A DNA stretch of 64,000 nucleotides from an uncultured Chloroflexia bacterium (GCA_963767985.1 CAVYGE010000005.1:188453-252452), one strand, 5' to 3'; numbered from the stretch's first letter, positions 32,937 through 42,662 are shown. Notes: generated from the sequence alone by a model not told the origin. Program-made: numbers and translations.

Positions 32937-32950
32937 AGAACGTCTGTTCT
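32937..32950. promoter_or_regulatory. LexA box upstream of lexA
   Basis: AGAACGTCTGTTCT, 54 bp upstream of the lexA start. Confidence 0.88.
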
Positions 32951-32986
32951 AATGTCAAACGAGCGCCATCGGCCTCGACTGATATC

Positions 32987-33511
32987 ATGCCTTCCCCATC
33001 AGACACTCCGGAGTTCGGCGTGAACCTGTCCTCGTCGTCGCGCTACCTGCGCATGGCGCGCATGGTCGTGAAGCTCCCCACCTATGCACGCATGGTGTGG
33101 GGCCTGGTCCGGGACCCCCGAACGCCGATCGGCCTCAAGGGGATGCTGCTCGCTGCGCTCGCGTACGTCGTCATGCCGGTCGACCTGATCCCGGACGTCA
33201 TCCCGATCCTCGGCCAGGCGGACGATCTCACGGTCCTGCTGCTGGTGCTCGACCTCTTCATCCAGAACGCACCGGCCGACGTCCGGGCCGAGCACTCGGC
33301 GAGAGCGCGCAACGGCACGGCCGATCTCGACCGTGACCTGGCGCGACTGCGCGGACTGATGGGCGATCGTTTCGATCGCATCCGTGACGACCTGCCCGAC
33401 CTGCTGGATCGGTACGGCCGGATGCGCGATCCCGACGAAGTGAAGCGCGCCCTGGCCTCGTGGCGACGCCGGCGCTCGGACCCCACCACATCAACGAAGG
33501 AGCCCGGATGA
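32987..33511 (+). CDS. DUF1232 / YkvA family protein
   Basis: DPRTP, LAYVVMPVDLIPDVIPILGQADD. Confidence 0.88.
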   Translation: MPSPSDTPEFGVNLSSSSRYLRMARMVVKLPTYARMVWGLVRDPRTPIGLKGMLLAALAYVVMPVDLIPDVIPILGQADDLTVLLLVLDLFIQNAPADVRAEHSARARNGTADLDRDLARLRGLMGDRFDRIRDDLPDLLDRYGRMRDPDEVKRALASWRRRRSDPTTSTKEPG

Positions 33512-33957
33512 AGGTCATTCTCAAGCGTGACGTGAAAGGCCTCGGCCGCGAGGGCGATCTCAAGGACGTCAAGGACGGATACGCCCGCAATTTCCTGCTG
33601 CCGACCGCGGCGGCCGTGGTTGCCGACAAGGGAGCCGTCGCGAACTGGGAGCGCCACCGCGATCAGCGCGAGGAGCGCGATCGGAGCGTCCGAGCCGAGG
33701 CGGAGGCCACGGCCGAGAAGCTGCGCGAGCTCAAGCTGGAGATCCCGGTCAAGGCCGGCGAGCGCGGTCGCCTGTTCGGCGCGGTGACGAGCCACCAGAT
33801 CGGCGAGATCATCAATCGCGAGGGGATCGAGCTCGATCGCCACGCGCTGCATCTGCGCGAGCCGATCAAGGCGCTCGGCGACTACAAGATCGATGTCAAG
33901 GTCATGCAGGGCGTCGAGGCCGTGCTGAGCATCAGCGTGATAGCCGCCGAGTCCTGA
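33508..33957 (+). CDS. rplI: 50S ribosomal protein L9
   Basis: MKVILKRDVKGLG, VKDGYARNFLLP, GRLFGAVT, EPIKALG. Confidence 0.97.
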   Translation: MKVILKRDVKGLGREGDLKDVKDGYARNFLLPTAAAVVADKGAVANWERHRDQREERDRSVRAEAEATAEKLRELKLEIPVKAGERGRLFGAVTSHQIGEIINREGIELDRHALHLREPIKALGDYKIDVKVMQGVEAVLSISVIAAES

Positions 33958-33961
33958 GCCG

Positions 33962-34384
33962 ATGCCGCGGGCCGTTGCCGTGAGTCCGGCCGAGGCGGCG
34001 CGGCGGTGGGCCAACGCCTGGAAGATCGGCTGGGAGGCGCTCGACGCCGAGCCGATCATCGCGTGCTACGCCCCGGATGTGGTGTTCTCGACCGAGCCAT
34101 TCCGCGAGGCCTATCACGGGCGTGACGGCGTCCGGGCGTACACGCTCCGCGCCTTCGCCGATGAACGCGAGCCGCGCGTGTGGATGAGCGAACCGATCGT
34201 CGACGGCCGCCGAGCATCGGTGTCCTGGTGGGCGAGCCTGATCGACGAGGGACGGGACGCGACGCTGGCCGGCACCTCGGTGCTGCGGTTCGATGCGGCG
34301 GGCCTCGTGGTGGAGCAATGGGACACCTGGAACCATCATCCGCACCGGGCGGAGCCGCCTGAGGCGACGCCGTTCGCCGGCTGA
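33962..34384 (+). CDS. SnoaL-like / NTF2 family protein
   Basis: YAPDVVFSTEPFRE...GRDGVRAY, LAGTSVLRFD. Confidence 0.8.
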   Translation: MPRAVAVSPAEAARRWANAWKIGWEALDAEPIIACYAPDVVFSTEPFREAYHGRDGVRAYTLRAFADEREPRVWMSEPIVDGRRASVSWWASLIDEGRDATLAGTSVLRFDAAGLVVEQWDTWNHHPHRAEPPEATPFAG

Positions 34385-34390
34385 ACGTCG

Positions 34391-34429
34391 CCGGCTGACG
34401 GGACCGGCTGACGGGGCCGGCTGACGGGC
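34391..34429. repeat. 13-bp tandem repeat x3
   Basis: CCGGCTGACGGGN three times. Confidence 0.85.
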
Positions 34430-34437
34430 GCCACGGG

Positions 34438-34880
34438 GCTTGCGCGCCGTCCCGTGGGTCCGAGCGCGATAGATCGTCGCTTTCGCGCCAGAAGGGGCGA
34501 GAAGGCTTCAGATCCACGATCTATCGGTCCTCACGTGGCCCAGGGCGGGCGGAATGCCCGAGTCGGGCCAGGCTAGAGCCGATATGTCGTCGGATCAGCG
34601 CCGGAGCCATCGGTTTGGCGCCGATCAGCCGATAGATCGACGCCACGACCACGCCACGCGCTTGCGCGCCGTCCCGTGGGTCCGAGCGCGATAGATCGTC
34701 GCTTTCGCGCCAGAAGGGGCGAGAAGGCTTCAGATCCACGATCTATCGGTCCTCACGTGGCCCAGGGCGGGCGGAATGCCCGAGTCGGGCCAGGCTAGAG
34801 CCGATATGTCGTCGGATCGGCGCCGGAGCCATCGGTTTGGCGCCGATCAGCCGATAGATCGACGCCACGACCACGCCACG
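34438..34880. repeat. 222-bp tandem duplication (2 copies, near identical)
   Basis: Unit starts GCTTGCGCGCCGTCCCGTGGG at 34438 and 34660; one substitution seen (A34597 vs G34819). Confidence 0.95.
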
Positions 34881-34955
34881 ACCACGCCACGCCCACGCCA
34901 CGACCCCACCACGACCACGCCACGCCCCCGCCACGACCACGCCACGACCCCGCCA
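34861..34955. repeat. Degenerate CCACG(A/C) short tandem repeat tract
   Basis: GCCACGACCAC-type units repeated about 8 times with variants. Confidence 0.85.
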
Positions 34956-35035
34956 GGTGAGCCTGCGTTCATGGACGCGACACAGGACCTGTCACGACAT
35001 CGCGTGGTAATCGGCCCGTACGCCGCACCCGAGTA

Positions 35036-35090
35036 CCGTCCACATGGTGTCCACACGCGGGCCGACCGTTATCCCCAGACCTGCGGATAA
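35036..35090. promoter_or_regulatory. Cluster of DnaA-box-like 9-mers upstream of dnaB
   Basis: CCGTCCACA (35036), GTGTCCACA (35047), TTATCCCCA (35069) and reverse TTATCCGCA (35082-35090). Confidence 0.6.
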
Positions 35091-35168
35091 GCCCATTGAG
35101 AGGCCTGCGACCATGGGGGTGCGCCCGGTGGTCAGCGGTCCCATGAGCGGACCGCCCGGGCGCGATCC

Positions 35169-36548
35169 ATGTCCGCCCCATCCAGCGCGAGAACCCGAGC
35201 CGTGAGCATCGACAAGCTGGCGCCCCAGGCGGTCGAGGCCGAGCAGAGCGTGCTCGGCTCGATCCTCATCGATGCCGACGCCGTCCTGAAGGTCGGCGAC
35301 TTCCTGAAGCCGGCCGACTTCTATCGGTCGCAGCACTCCGACATCTACGAGGCGATGTTGGCCCTGCACGGCCAGCGCGAGCCGATCGACCTCGTCACGC
35401 TCGGAGACGAGCTGCGGCGCCGGGATCGGCTCGAGGAAATCGGCGGCCCCGCCTATCTGACCTCGCTCATGAACGCCGTGCCCACGGCGGTGCATGCTGA
35501 GCATTACGGACGGATCGTCGAGCGCAAGGCCGTGCTGCGCAACCTCATCGGCGCGGCCGGCAAGATCGCGGCGGTCGGCTACGAGGAGTCGAACGACGCC
35601 GAAGTGGCGATCGATCGGGCGGAGTCGATCCTGTTCGAGATCAGCCAGCGACGGACCGACGGCGGATTCGAGTCGCTCTCGATCCTTCTGGGGCAGGCGT
35701 ACGACCGACTCGAGTACCTCCACGAGCACCGTGGCCAGATCCTCGGCGTCCCGACCGGGCTCAGCCAGCTCGACGCGCTGCTCGGTGGATTCCAGCCGTC
35801 CGACCTCGTCATCCTGGCCGCCCGACCCTCCGTCGGCAAGACGTCCCTGGCCCTCAACGTCGCGCAGCACGCCGCGGTACGAGAGGGAAAGAAGGTCGCG
35901 GTGTTCAGTCTCGAGATGAGCAAGGAGCAGCTCGCCCTGCGCCTCCTCTCGGCGGAGAGCGGAATCAACCCGCGTCCACTCCAGACCGGATTCGTGGACG
36001 AGACCGACTGGACGAAGATCGCCACGGTCATGAACGACATGGCCAGCGCCACGATGTGGATCGACGACTCCCCGGCACTCTCGGTGATGGAGCTGCGCAC
36101 CAAGGCCCGCCGGCTGGAGGCCGAGCAGCGTGGGCTCGACCTCGTGATCGTCGACTATCTCCAGCTCATGCAGGCGTCGAGCCCGAGCAAGGACGCCAAC
36201 CGCGTGCAGGAGGTCTCCGAGATCAGCCGCGGGCTGAAGCAGCTGGCCCGAGAGCTCAAGGTGCCGGTCGTCGCCCTGTCCCAGCTGTCGCGTGGCGTCG
36301 AGCAGCGCGGCACGGCGGAGCCCCGGCTGTCCGACCTCCGGGAGTCCGGGAGCATCGAGCAGGACGCCGATGTCGTGATCTTCCTGTATCGCGATGGCGA
36401 GCAGAACCCCGATGCCGAGGTCGAGCTCGTCAAGGCCAAGGTCGCCAAGCACCGCAATGGGCCGATCGGCGAGGTCCCACTCCAGTTCCGGAAGGCGAAC
36501 ACGCGCTTCTACACCGTTGCCGCCCGCGAGGAGATCGCGGCCTACTGA
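35169..36548 (+). CDS. dnaB: Replicative DNA helicase
   Basis: EAEQSVLGSIL, AARPSVGKT, FSLEM, VDYLQLM, LSQLSR, LRESGSIEQDADVV, KHRNGP; no intein. Confidence 0.98.
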   Translation: MSAPSSARTRAVSIDKLAPQAVEAEQSVLGSILIDADAVLKVGDFLKPADFYRSQHSDIYEAMLALHGQREPIDLVTLGDELRRRDRLEEIGGPAYLTSLMNAVPTAVHAEHYGRIVERKAVLRNLIGAAGKIAAVGYEESNDAEVAIDRAESILFEISQRRTDGGFESLSILLGQAYDRLEYLHEHRGQILGVPTGLSQLDALLGGFQPSDLVILAARPSVGKTSLALNVAQHAAVREGKKVAVFSLEMSKEQLALRLLSAESGINPRPLQTGFVDETDWTKIATVMNDMASATMWIDDSPALSVMELRTKARRLEAEQRGLDLVIVDYLQLMQASSPSKDANRVQEVSEISRGLKQLARELKVPVVALSQLSRGVEQRGTAEPRLSDLRESGSIEQDADVVIFLYRDGEQNPDAEVELVKAKVAKHRNGPIGEVPLQFRKANTRFYTVAAREEIAAY

Positions 36549-36758
36549 GTCGCGTTCAGCGGCCAAGCGGTCGGGCGTGCGCCGAAAGGCTTGAAATCGG
36601 GGTGTACACTCGGGCGCTGTAACGACCGGCCTCATCAACGTCTGACCCGAGTTCGCTCCGATCCGCGCCCGATGCATACCGCAGATCCCGGCCCGCTCCG
36701 CAGACCGCGACCGTCCAAGTTCGGGCCGGGCGTGCGATAACAGGAGGCACTGGAGAGG

Positions 36759-37073
36759 GTGTACGCCGACAAGACCATCCGCTGTCGCGACTGCGGGATG
36801 GACTTCGTGTTCTCAGCGGGCGAGCAGGAGTTCTACGCCAGCAAGGGGCTGGTCAACGAGCCCCAGCGCTGCCAGAGCTGCCGAGCCATCGCAAAGCAGA
36901 ATCGTGCTCTCGGCATCGGAGGAGGAGGGGGAAACGGAAACGGAGGTCAGCGCGAGATGCACGCGGCGGTCTGCGCCGAGTGTGGAGGGCAGGCGCTCGT
37001 GCCGTTCCTCCCCCGCAACGACCGACCGGTCTACTGCTCCAACTGCTTCGACAAGGTGCGTGCGCGGGCCTGA
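36759..37073 (+). CDS. Zinc-ribbon protein (zf-trcl + CxxC-x17-CxxC)
   Basis: DKTIRCRDCG..F.FSAGEQEFY...EPQRCQSC; CAECG...PF.P...RPVYCSNC; AGGAGG RBS. Confidence 0.9.
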   Translation: MYADKTIRCRDCGMDFVFSAGEQEFYASKGLVNEPQRCQSCRAIAKQNRALGIGGGGGNGNGGQREMHAAVCAECGGQALVPFLPRNDRPVYCSNCFDKVRARA

Positions 37074-37214
37074 CGCATACCGTCGCAGCACCTGACATGA
37101 GCGCCGCCCCAGGGCGGCGCTTCGTCGTGTGCCGCATGCATCGGATGTCGACCACCGTGAATGGGACGATCGTCCGATCCGTCGACCGCCCTGCCTTCGC
37201 CACAATGGTCGACG

Positions 37215-38867
37215 ATGCAACGCACTCACTTCTCCACGCACCGCAGGCTCGGTCGAGCGGCCGTGGCCGTGCTCGTCTCCGCGGCGGGACTCTTCGCCCA
37301 CGCACCGGCGCCGGCCCATGCCGCCATGGCGGTCGACCGGCATGGCGGAGCTGATCGCTATGCGACGGCCGTGGCGGTCAGCGCCGCCCACTTCGCGCCG
37401 GGCGTGCCGGTTGTCCACGTGGCGACCGGATCCGACTTTCCCGATGCGCTGGCTGGCGGACCGGCGGCGGCACGCGCCGGCGGACCGATCCTGCTCGTCA
37501 AGCACGGCTCGATCCCGCCGGTCGTCGCGGCTGAGCTCGCCAGGCTGCGGCCGGCATCGATCGTGGTGCTCGGCGGAGCCGGCGTGGTCAGCGACGCCGT
37601 CGTCCGGGCACTCGACGCCCACGATACCGGCGGCGGCGTGCGTCGCATCGGCGGCACCGATCGCTACGGCACCGCGGCCGCGGTCAGCGCGGCCAGCTTC
37701 GCTCCCGGCACACCGGTCGCCTACGTCGCGACCGGTGGAGCATTTCCCGACGCCCTCGTCGGCGGCGTGGCGGCCGCGCGGGCCGGCGCACCGGTGCTGC
37801 TGACCAAGCAGGACAAGCTGCCGGCCGCCACGGAGGCGGAGCTGCGCCGACTGGCACCCGCGCGCATCGTGATCCTGGGGGGCGCCGGGGTGGTCGGTGA
37901 GGCCGTCGCCGCGAGGCTGCGGACCCTGGCTCCCGCCGGCGGCGTCAGTCGCCTGGGCGGTGCGGATCGGTACGCGACCGGGGTCGCGATCAGTCGAGCC
38001 AGCTTCGCGGCGGGGTCGCCCCTCTACCTCGCCACCGGCACCGCCTTCCCCGATGCCCTGGTCGCCGTCCCGGCGGCGGCGCGCGCGGGAGGCGCACTGC
38101 TGCTGGTCCCCGGCTCCACGACCCCCCCGGTCGTCCGGGACGAGGCGAAGCGCCTGGCGCCACCGCGCGTCGTGATCCTCGGTGGCCGATCGATCATCAG
38201 TGACCGCGTGCCATTCGACCTCCGGGTGGCGCTCGGCGATCTGCGCCCGCTCCCTGCTTGTGCCTACCAGGACCTGCCGACGCCGTTCGCCGGCTACGGA
38301 GATTGGCATCGCACGCTGGTCGACACCATCCTCATGCTGCCGTCGAGCTACGCGCCCGGCGACCTCGTCGACAGCGGAACGACCGGCCTCAACACCGGAT
38401 ACGCCCTTCGGGCGCACGTGGGTGCCGATCTGCGGGCCATGGCCGCGGCCGCACGAGCGGCCGGGCGGCCGCTGCAGGTGGTGAGTGCCTACCGCAGCCA
38501 TGCCACCCAGAAGGTGACGTTCGATCACTGGGTGGCCGTAGGCGGCTACGAGCAGGCTCTGCGCACCAGCGCGCGCCCCGGTCACTCGGAGCATCAGCTC
38601 GGGACGACGTTCGACTTCACGAGCGCCGGTGGCCGTCCACCGTGGGAGTATTCCGACTGGGCCACGACGCCGGCCGGCGCGTGGATGGCGGCCAACGCCT
38701 GGCGCTATGGATTCGTGATGAGCTACCCGCGCAACAGCTTCGCGAAGGTCTGCTACGACTACGAGCCGTGGCACTACCGGTACATCGGCCGCGACGCCGC
38801 CGCCCAGGTCCGTGCCTCCGGCCTGACGCTGCGCGAGTGGCTGTGGCTGAACGGATCGGGCGGCTGA
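37215..38867 (+). CDS. Secreted protein: three cell-wall-binding repeat 2 (CWB2) domains + M15B (VanY-like) D,D-carboxypeptidase
   Basis: Signal peptide; 3x G.DRY.TA...ATG..FPDAL...ILGG..VV; SAYRS, SARPGHSEHQLG, YEPWH. Confidence 0.9.
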   Translation: MQRTHFSTHRRLGRAAVAVLVSAAGLFAHAPAPAHAAMAVDRHGGADRYATAVAVSAAHFAPGVPVVHVATGSDFPDALAGGPAAARAGGPILLVKHGSIPPVVAAELARLRPASIVVLGGAGVVSDAVVRALDAHDTGGGVRRIGGTDRYGTAAAVSAASFAPGTPVAYVATGGAFPDALVGGVAAARAGAPVLLTKQDKLPAATEAELRRLAPARIVILGGAGVVGEAVAARLRTLAPAGGVSRLGGADRYATGVAISRASFAAGSPLYLATGTAFPDALVAVPAAARAGGALLLVPGSTTPPVVRDEAKRLAPPRVVILGGRSIISDRVPFDLRVALGDLRPLPACAYQDLPTPFAGYGDWHRTLVDTILMLPSSYAPGDLVDSGTTGLNTGYALRAHVGADLRAMAAAARAAGRPLQVVSAYRSHATQKVTFDHWVAVGGYEQALRTSARPGHSEHQLGTTFDFTSAGGRPPWEYSDWATTPAGAWMAANAWRYGFVMSYPRNSFAKVCYDYEPWHYRYIGRDAAAQVRASGLTLREWLWLNGSGG

Positions 38868-38938
38868 CCCGACCCGGCGCGCCGAACCGCAGAGCGGTAG
38901 CATGGCGCCGTCCCGCACGCTGAGGTTGCCGCCACGCC

Positions 38939-40243
38939 ATGTCCGTCGTCGCCGTCGTCGGTGCCCAGTGGGGCGATGAGGGCAAGGGTCGCGTCGTCGA
39001 CTACCTCGCCGAGGATGCCCAGCTCGTCATTCGCTACGGGGGCGGAAACAACGCCGGCCACACCGTGGTCAATCCGCACGGACACTTCAAGCTCCACCTG
39101 ATCCCGTCGGGCATCTTCCATCCGGGTACGCGGAACCTGCTCGGCAACGGCGTGGTCATCCACCCCACGGCGCTCGTGGCCGAGCTCGACGGTCTCGCGG
39201 CCGCCGGCTTCGACGGCCGCAACCTGTTCATCAGCGATCGCGCGCACCTCGTGATGCCGTATCACGTGCTGCTCGACCAGCTCGAGGAGCGGGAGCGCGG
39301 TGCGGGCAAGCTGGGCACCACGTCGCGGGGGATCGGACCAGCCTACGTCGACAAGGTCGCACGGCGCGGCCTGCGCGTGGTCGACCTCGTCGAGCCGGAC
39401 TCCTTCCGCGCGCGCCTGGCGGCGGCCATGCCGCGCATCCACCGCGTGGTCCGCGGCTACCCCGGAGCAGCGGAGGAGATGGCCGAGGAGATCGCGGAGG
39501 CCACCGACGAGGTTCGCATCGCCGATGCCTACCTGGCCGCCGGCGCCCGCCTGGCCCGACACGTGGTCGACGGACAGGCGCTGGTCGACGAGGCCCTCGA
39601 CCGCGGGGAGCGCATCCTGCTCGAAGGTCAGCTCGGCACCATGCGCGACCTCGACTGGGGCATCTACCCCTACGTGACGAGCTCGTCGCCGATCCCCGGC
39701 GGGGCAAGCCTCGGGGCAGGCCTGCCGGCCGTGGCGATCGACCAGGTGCTGGGTGTCGCCAAGGCCTACACAACGGCCGTGGGCGCCGGGCCCCTTCCGA
39801 CCGAGCTCGAGGATGCGGACGGTGAGCGACTGCGTGAGCGAGGGGAGGAGTACGGGACGTCGACCGGCCGACCGCGGCGCTGCGGCTGGTACGACGCGGT
39901 GGCCGTCCGATTCAGCGTCCGCCTCGCCGGCTACTCCAGCATCGCGCTGACGAAGATCGACGTGCTCGACGGCTTCGAGCGTGTCCTCGTCGCTCGGGCC
40001 TATCGGGACCCGCTCGACGGCCGGGAGTGGACCACGGTGCCGGCGTCGACGTCGATCTACGAGCGGCTCGAGCCGGTCTACGAGGAGCTGCCGGGCTGGA
40101 TGAGCGACACGACCGGCTGCCGGACCTGGTCCGACCTGCCCTCGGCAGCCAGGGCGTACGTCGATCGACTCCAGGAGCTGGCGGGCGTCCCGATCAGCCA
40201 TGTCAGCGTTGGCCCCGAACGTGCCCAGATGATCGTCCGATAG
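38939..40243 (+). CDS. purA: Adenylosuccinate synthetase
   Basis: GAQWGDEGKG, GGNNAGHT, YPYVTSS, TGRPRRCGW. Confidence 0.98.
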   Translation: MSVVAVVGAQWGDEGKGRVVDYLAEDAQLVIRYGGGNNAGHTVVNPHGHFKLHLIPSGIFHPGTRNLLGNGVVIHPTALVAELDGLAAAGFDGRNLFISDRAHLVMPYHVLLDQLEERERGAGKLGTTSRGIGPAYVDKVARRGLRVVDLVEPDSFRARLAAAMPRIHRVVRGYPGAAEEMAEEIAEATDEVRIADAYLAAGARLARHVVDGQALVDEALDRGERILLEGQLGTMRDLDWGIYPYVTSSSPIPGGASLGAGLPAVAIDQVLGVAKAYTTAVGAGPLPTELEDADGERLRERGEEYGTSTGRPRRCGWYDAVAVRFSVRLAGYSSIALTKIDVLDGFERVLVARAYRDPLDGREWTTVPASTSIYERLEPVYEELPGWMSDTTGCRTWSDLPSAARAYVDRLQELAGVPISHVSVGPERAQMIVR

Positions 40244-40262
40244 CACGAACGAAGGAGATCGC

Positions 40263-41168
40263 GTGAAGCTCGGAGTCATCATTCCGCAGGGGTGGACCGG
40301 GGAGTACGACGGCTGGGAGCCGGAACGGGCCTGGCAGCGCACATGCGAGGTGACCCGGCACGCGGAGCGGCTCGGCGTCGAGTCGATCTGGCTCTTCGAC
40401 CACTTCACCACCACGCCCCGGCCGACGGACGAGCTGACCTTCGAGTCCTTCACCTCGCTGAGCGCCCTCGCCGCGATGACCGAGCGGGTTCGCCTGGGGC
40501 AGATCGTCATCTGCAACGGGTTTCGGAACCCGGCGCTGACGGCCAAGATGGCCTCCACGCTCGATACGATCTCCGGGGGACGCTTCGAGCTCGGGATCGG
40601 CGCGGGCTGGAAGCGTGACGAGTGGAATGCCTACGGCTACGGCTTCCCGGAGACGCGCGAGCGCCTGGCGATGCTCCACGACGCGCTCGAGGTGATCACC
40701 CGGATGCTCGAGCCGGAGCGATCGGCGCATGCCACGTGGGATGGCGAGCATCACCAGGTCGCCAACGCCATCAACCTGCCGAAGCCGATCCAGCCGACGG
40801 GCATGCCGGTCATGGTCGGCGGCAACGGGCCCAAGGTGACCTGGCGGCTGGCGGCCCGCTACGCCGATGAGCTCAACCTCGACGGCATGTCGCCGACCGA
40901 GGTCCGCGAGGCGCTGCCGACCATCCGCGCACGGTGCGAGGAGATCGAGCGCGACCCCGCGTCGCTCTCGGTCTCGGTCCACGTGTGGTGGGGCGAGACC
41001 GATTGGGCGACCCCCGGCCCGGGGCGCCAGCAGCTGCTCGCCGACTACGCCGAGTTGGGCGTCAGCCGCGTGATGGGGCTGCTGCAGGCATCGGCCGATG
41101 GGGACGACGCCCTCGAGTCGCTCATCGAGGATGCCCGCGCGGCCGGGGTGGAGCTCGCCACCGGCTGA
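40263..41168 (+). CDS. LLM-class F420-dependent oxidoreductase
   Basis: SIWLFDHF, RNPALTAKMASTLD, LGIGAGW, VMVGGNG. Confidence 0.88.
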   Translation: MKLGVIIPQGWTGEYDGWEPERAWQRTCEVTRHAERLGVESIWLFDHFTTTPRPTDELTFESFTSLSALAAMTERVRLGQIVICNGFRNPALTAKMASTLDTISGGRFELGIGAGWKRDEWNAYGYGFPETRERLAMLHDALEVITRMLEPERSAHATWDGEHHQVANAINLPKPIQPTGMPVMVGGNGPKVTWRLAARYADELNLDGMSPTEVREALPTIRARCEEIERDPASLSVSVHVWWGETDWATPGPGRQQLLADYAELGVSRVMGLLQASADGDDALESLIEDARAAGVELATG

Positions 41169-41217
41169 GCCACCGATCAGTGGCATGCGCACGCCGCGGG
41201 CTCCCGTAGTTCATGGC

Positions 41218-42637
41218 ATGCAACCCGTCCCCCGAAGCATTGCGTGGTTCCGGCGCGATCTCCGCCTCGGTGACAACCGGATGCTCGAGCGCGCCACCGC
41301 CTCGGGCATGGCCTGGCCCGTCTTCGTGGCTGGACCCGGCGCTGACCGAGACCCACCGCGACGCTCCGAGACGCCGCGCCTGGTTCGATCTCTCCGTTCG
41401 CGCGCTCGATGAGCGGCTCCGGGCGCGAGGCTCGGGCCTGACCCTGCTCCGCGGCAGCCCGTCCGAGGTCCTGCCCCGCTTCGCGGCGTCGATCGGCGCC
41501 GATCGCGTCGTTGCAGCCGCGGACGAGGATCCGGTGGCCGTCCAGCGCGACGCGCGCGTCAGGGAGGCCGTCGACCTCGAGCTCGTGCAGGACCAGCGCA
41601 TCGTGGCCCCGGACGTCATTCGCACGGCGGACGGAGGTGCGTACTCAGTCTTCACGCCCTTTCGTCGTGCCCTCGAGCGCGAGGTTGCGAGTGCGTCCGA
41701 TCCGAACCTGGCCCGCGCCGAGGTCGACGCGTCGCGCCTCGCGCCGCCAGGCGCCGACACGGTCATGCCCCCGAACGAGGAGCCCGATCACCTCCCGGTG
41801 CCCGGCGAGGGAGCCGCTGCGGAGCGCCTGGGCGCCTTCGCGCGAACGGACCTGCTCGGATACCGAGAGGACCGCGACCGCCCCGACCTCGACGCCACAT
41901 CCCGGCTCTCACCCCACCTGCGGGTCGGCGCGCTGAGCATCCGCGCCTGCTGGCGCGCCGTGCTCGACGCGACGGAGCGCGCCCGGATCAGCGGACGGCC
42001 CGAGATGGTCAAGAGCGCGGCAGCGTGGAAGGGCGAGCTCGCGTGGCGAGAGTTCTTCGCGCACGTCCTGGCGGCCAACCCGCGCCTCACCCGGGAGAGC
42101 TATCGGCGCGAGTTTGACGGGCTGGAGTGGGAGGGTGGCGCAACGTCGGACGAGCTGCTCGACGCATGGCGTGAGGGACGGACGGGGTATCCGCTGGTCG
42201 ACGCCGGGATGCGCCAGCTGGCCGCGACCGGCTGGATGCACAACCGGGCGCGGCTCGTCACCGCCAGCTTCCTGGTGAAGCACCTCGGGCTCGATTGGCG
42301 ACGCGGTGAGCAGGTGTTCAGCGACCGGCTCCTCGACGCGGACGTCCAGCAGAACAACGGCAATTGGCAGTGGGTCGCGGGCGTCGGCACCGACGCGGCG
42401 CCGTACTTCCGCATCTTCAACCCGACCCTCCAGGCCCGGCGTTTCGACCCCGATGGGACGTACGTGCGCCGGTGGGTTCCCGAGCTGACCGCCGTGCCAG
42501 ACGACGTGGTCCATGAGCCCTGGCGGGCGGGGAAGGCAGCCTCCGCCTACCCGCCCCCGATCGTCGACCTTCGCCAGGCCCGCGAGCGCGCGCTCGCGCG
42601 GTATGCCGCCGCACGAGATCGGTTTGTACAGGGTTAG
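41218..42637 (+). CDS. phrB: Deoxyribodipyrimidine photolyase (frameshift near 41335)
   Basis: WFRRDLRLGDN, TSRLSPHLRVG, WREFF, GRTGYPLVDAGMRQL, WMHNRARL, NNGNWQW. Confidence 0.95.
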
Positions 42638-42662
42638 TCCGCTCATACGTGCCGTTTGACCC

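Noticed and set aside
34521-34940. Small ORFs MDLKPSRPFW... in the repeat block
   Set aside because: They arise from translating the 222-bp repeat; no RBS or domain support.
34438-34955. CRISPR array
   Set aside because: Long tandem units with no unique spacers, and no cas genes.
34385-35168. oriC
   Set aside because: Only four degenerate DnaA boxes, no AT-rich unwinding element, and no dnaA/dnaN nearby.
36591-36610. Canonical sigma-A promoter TTGAAA...TACACT
   Set aside because: The spacer is only 8 bp; only the -10-like hexamer is retained as plausible.
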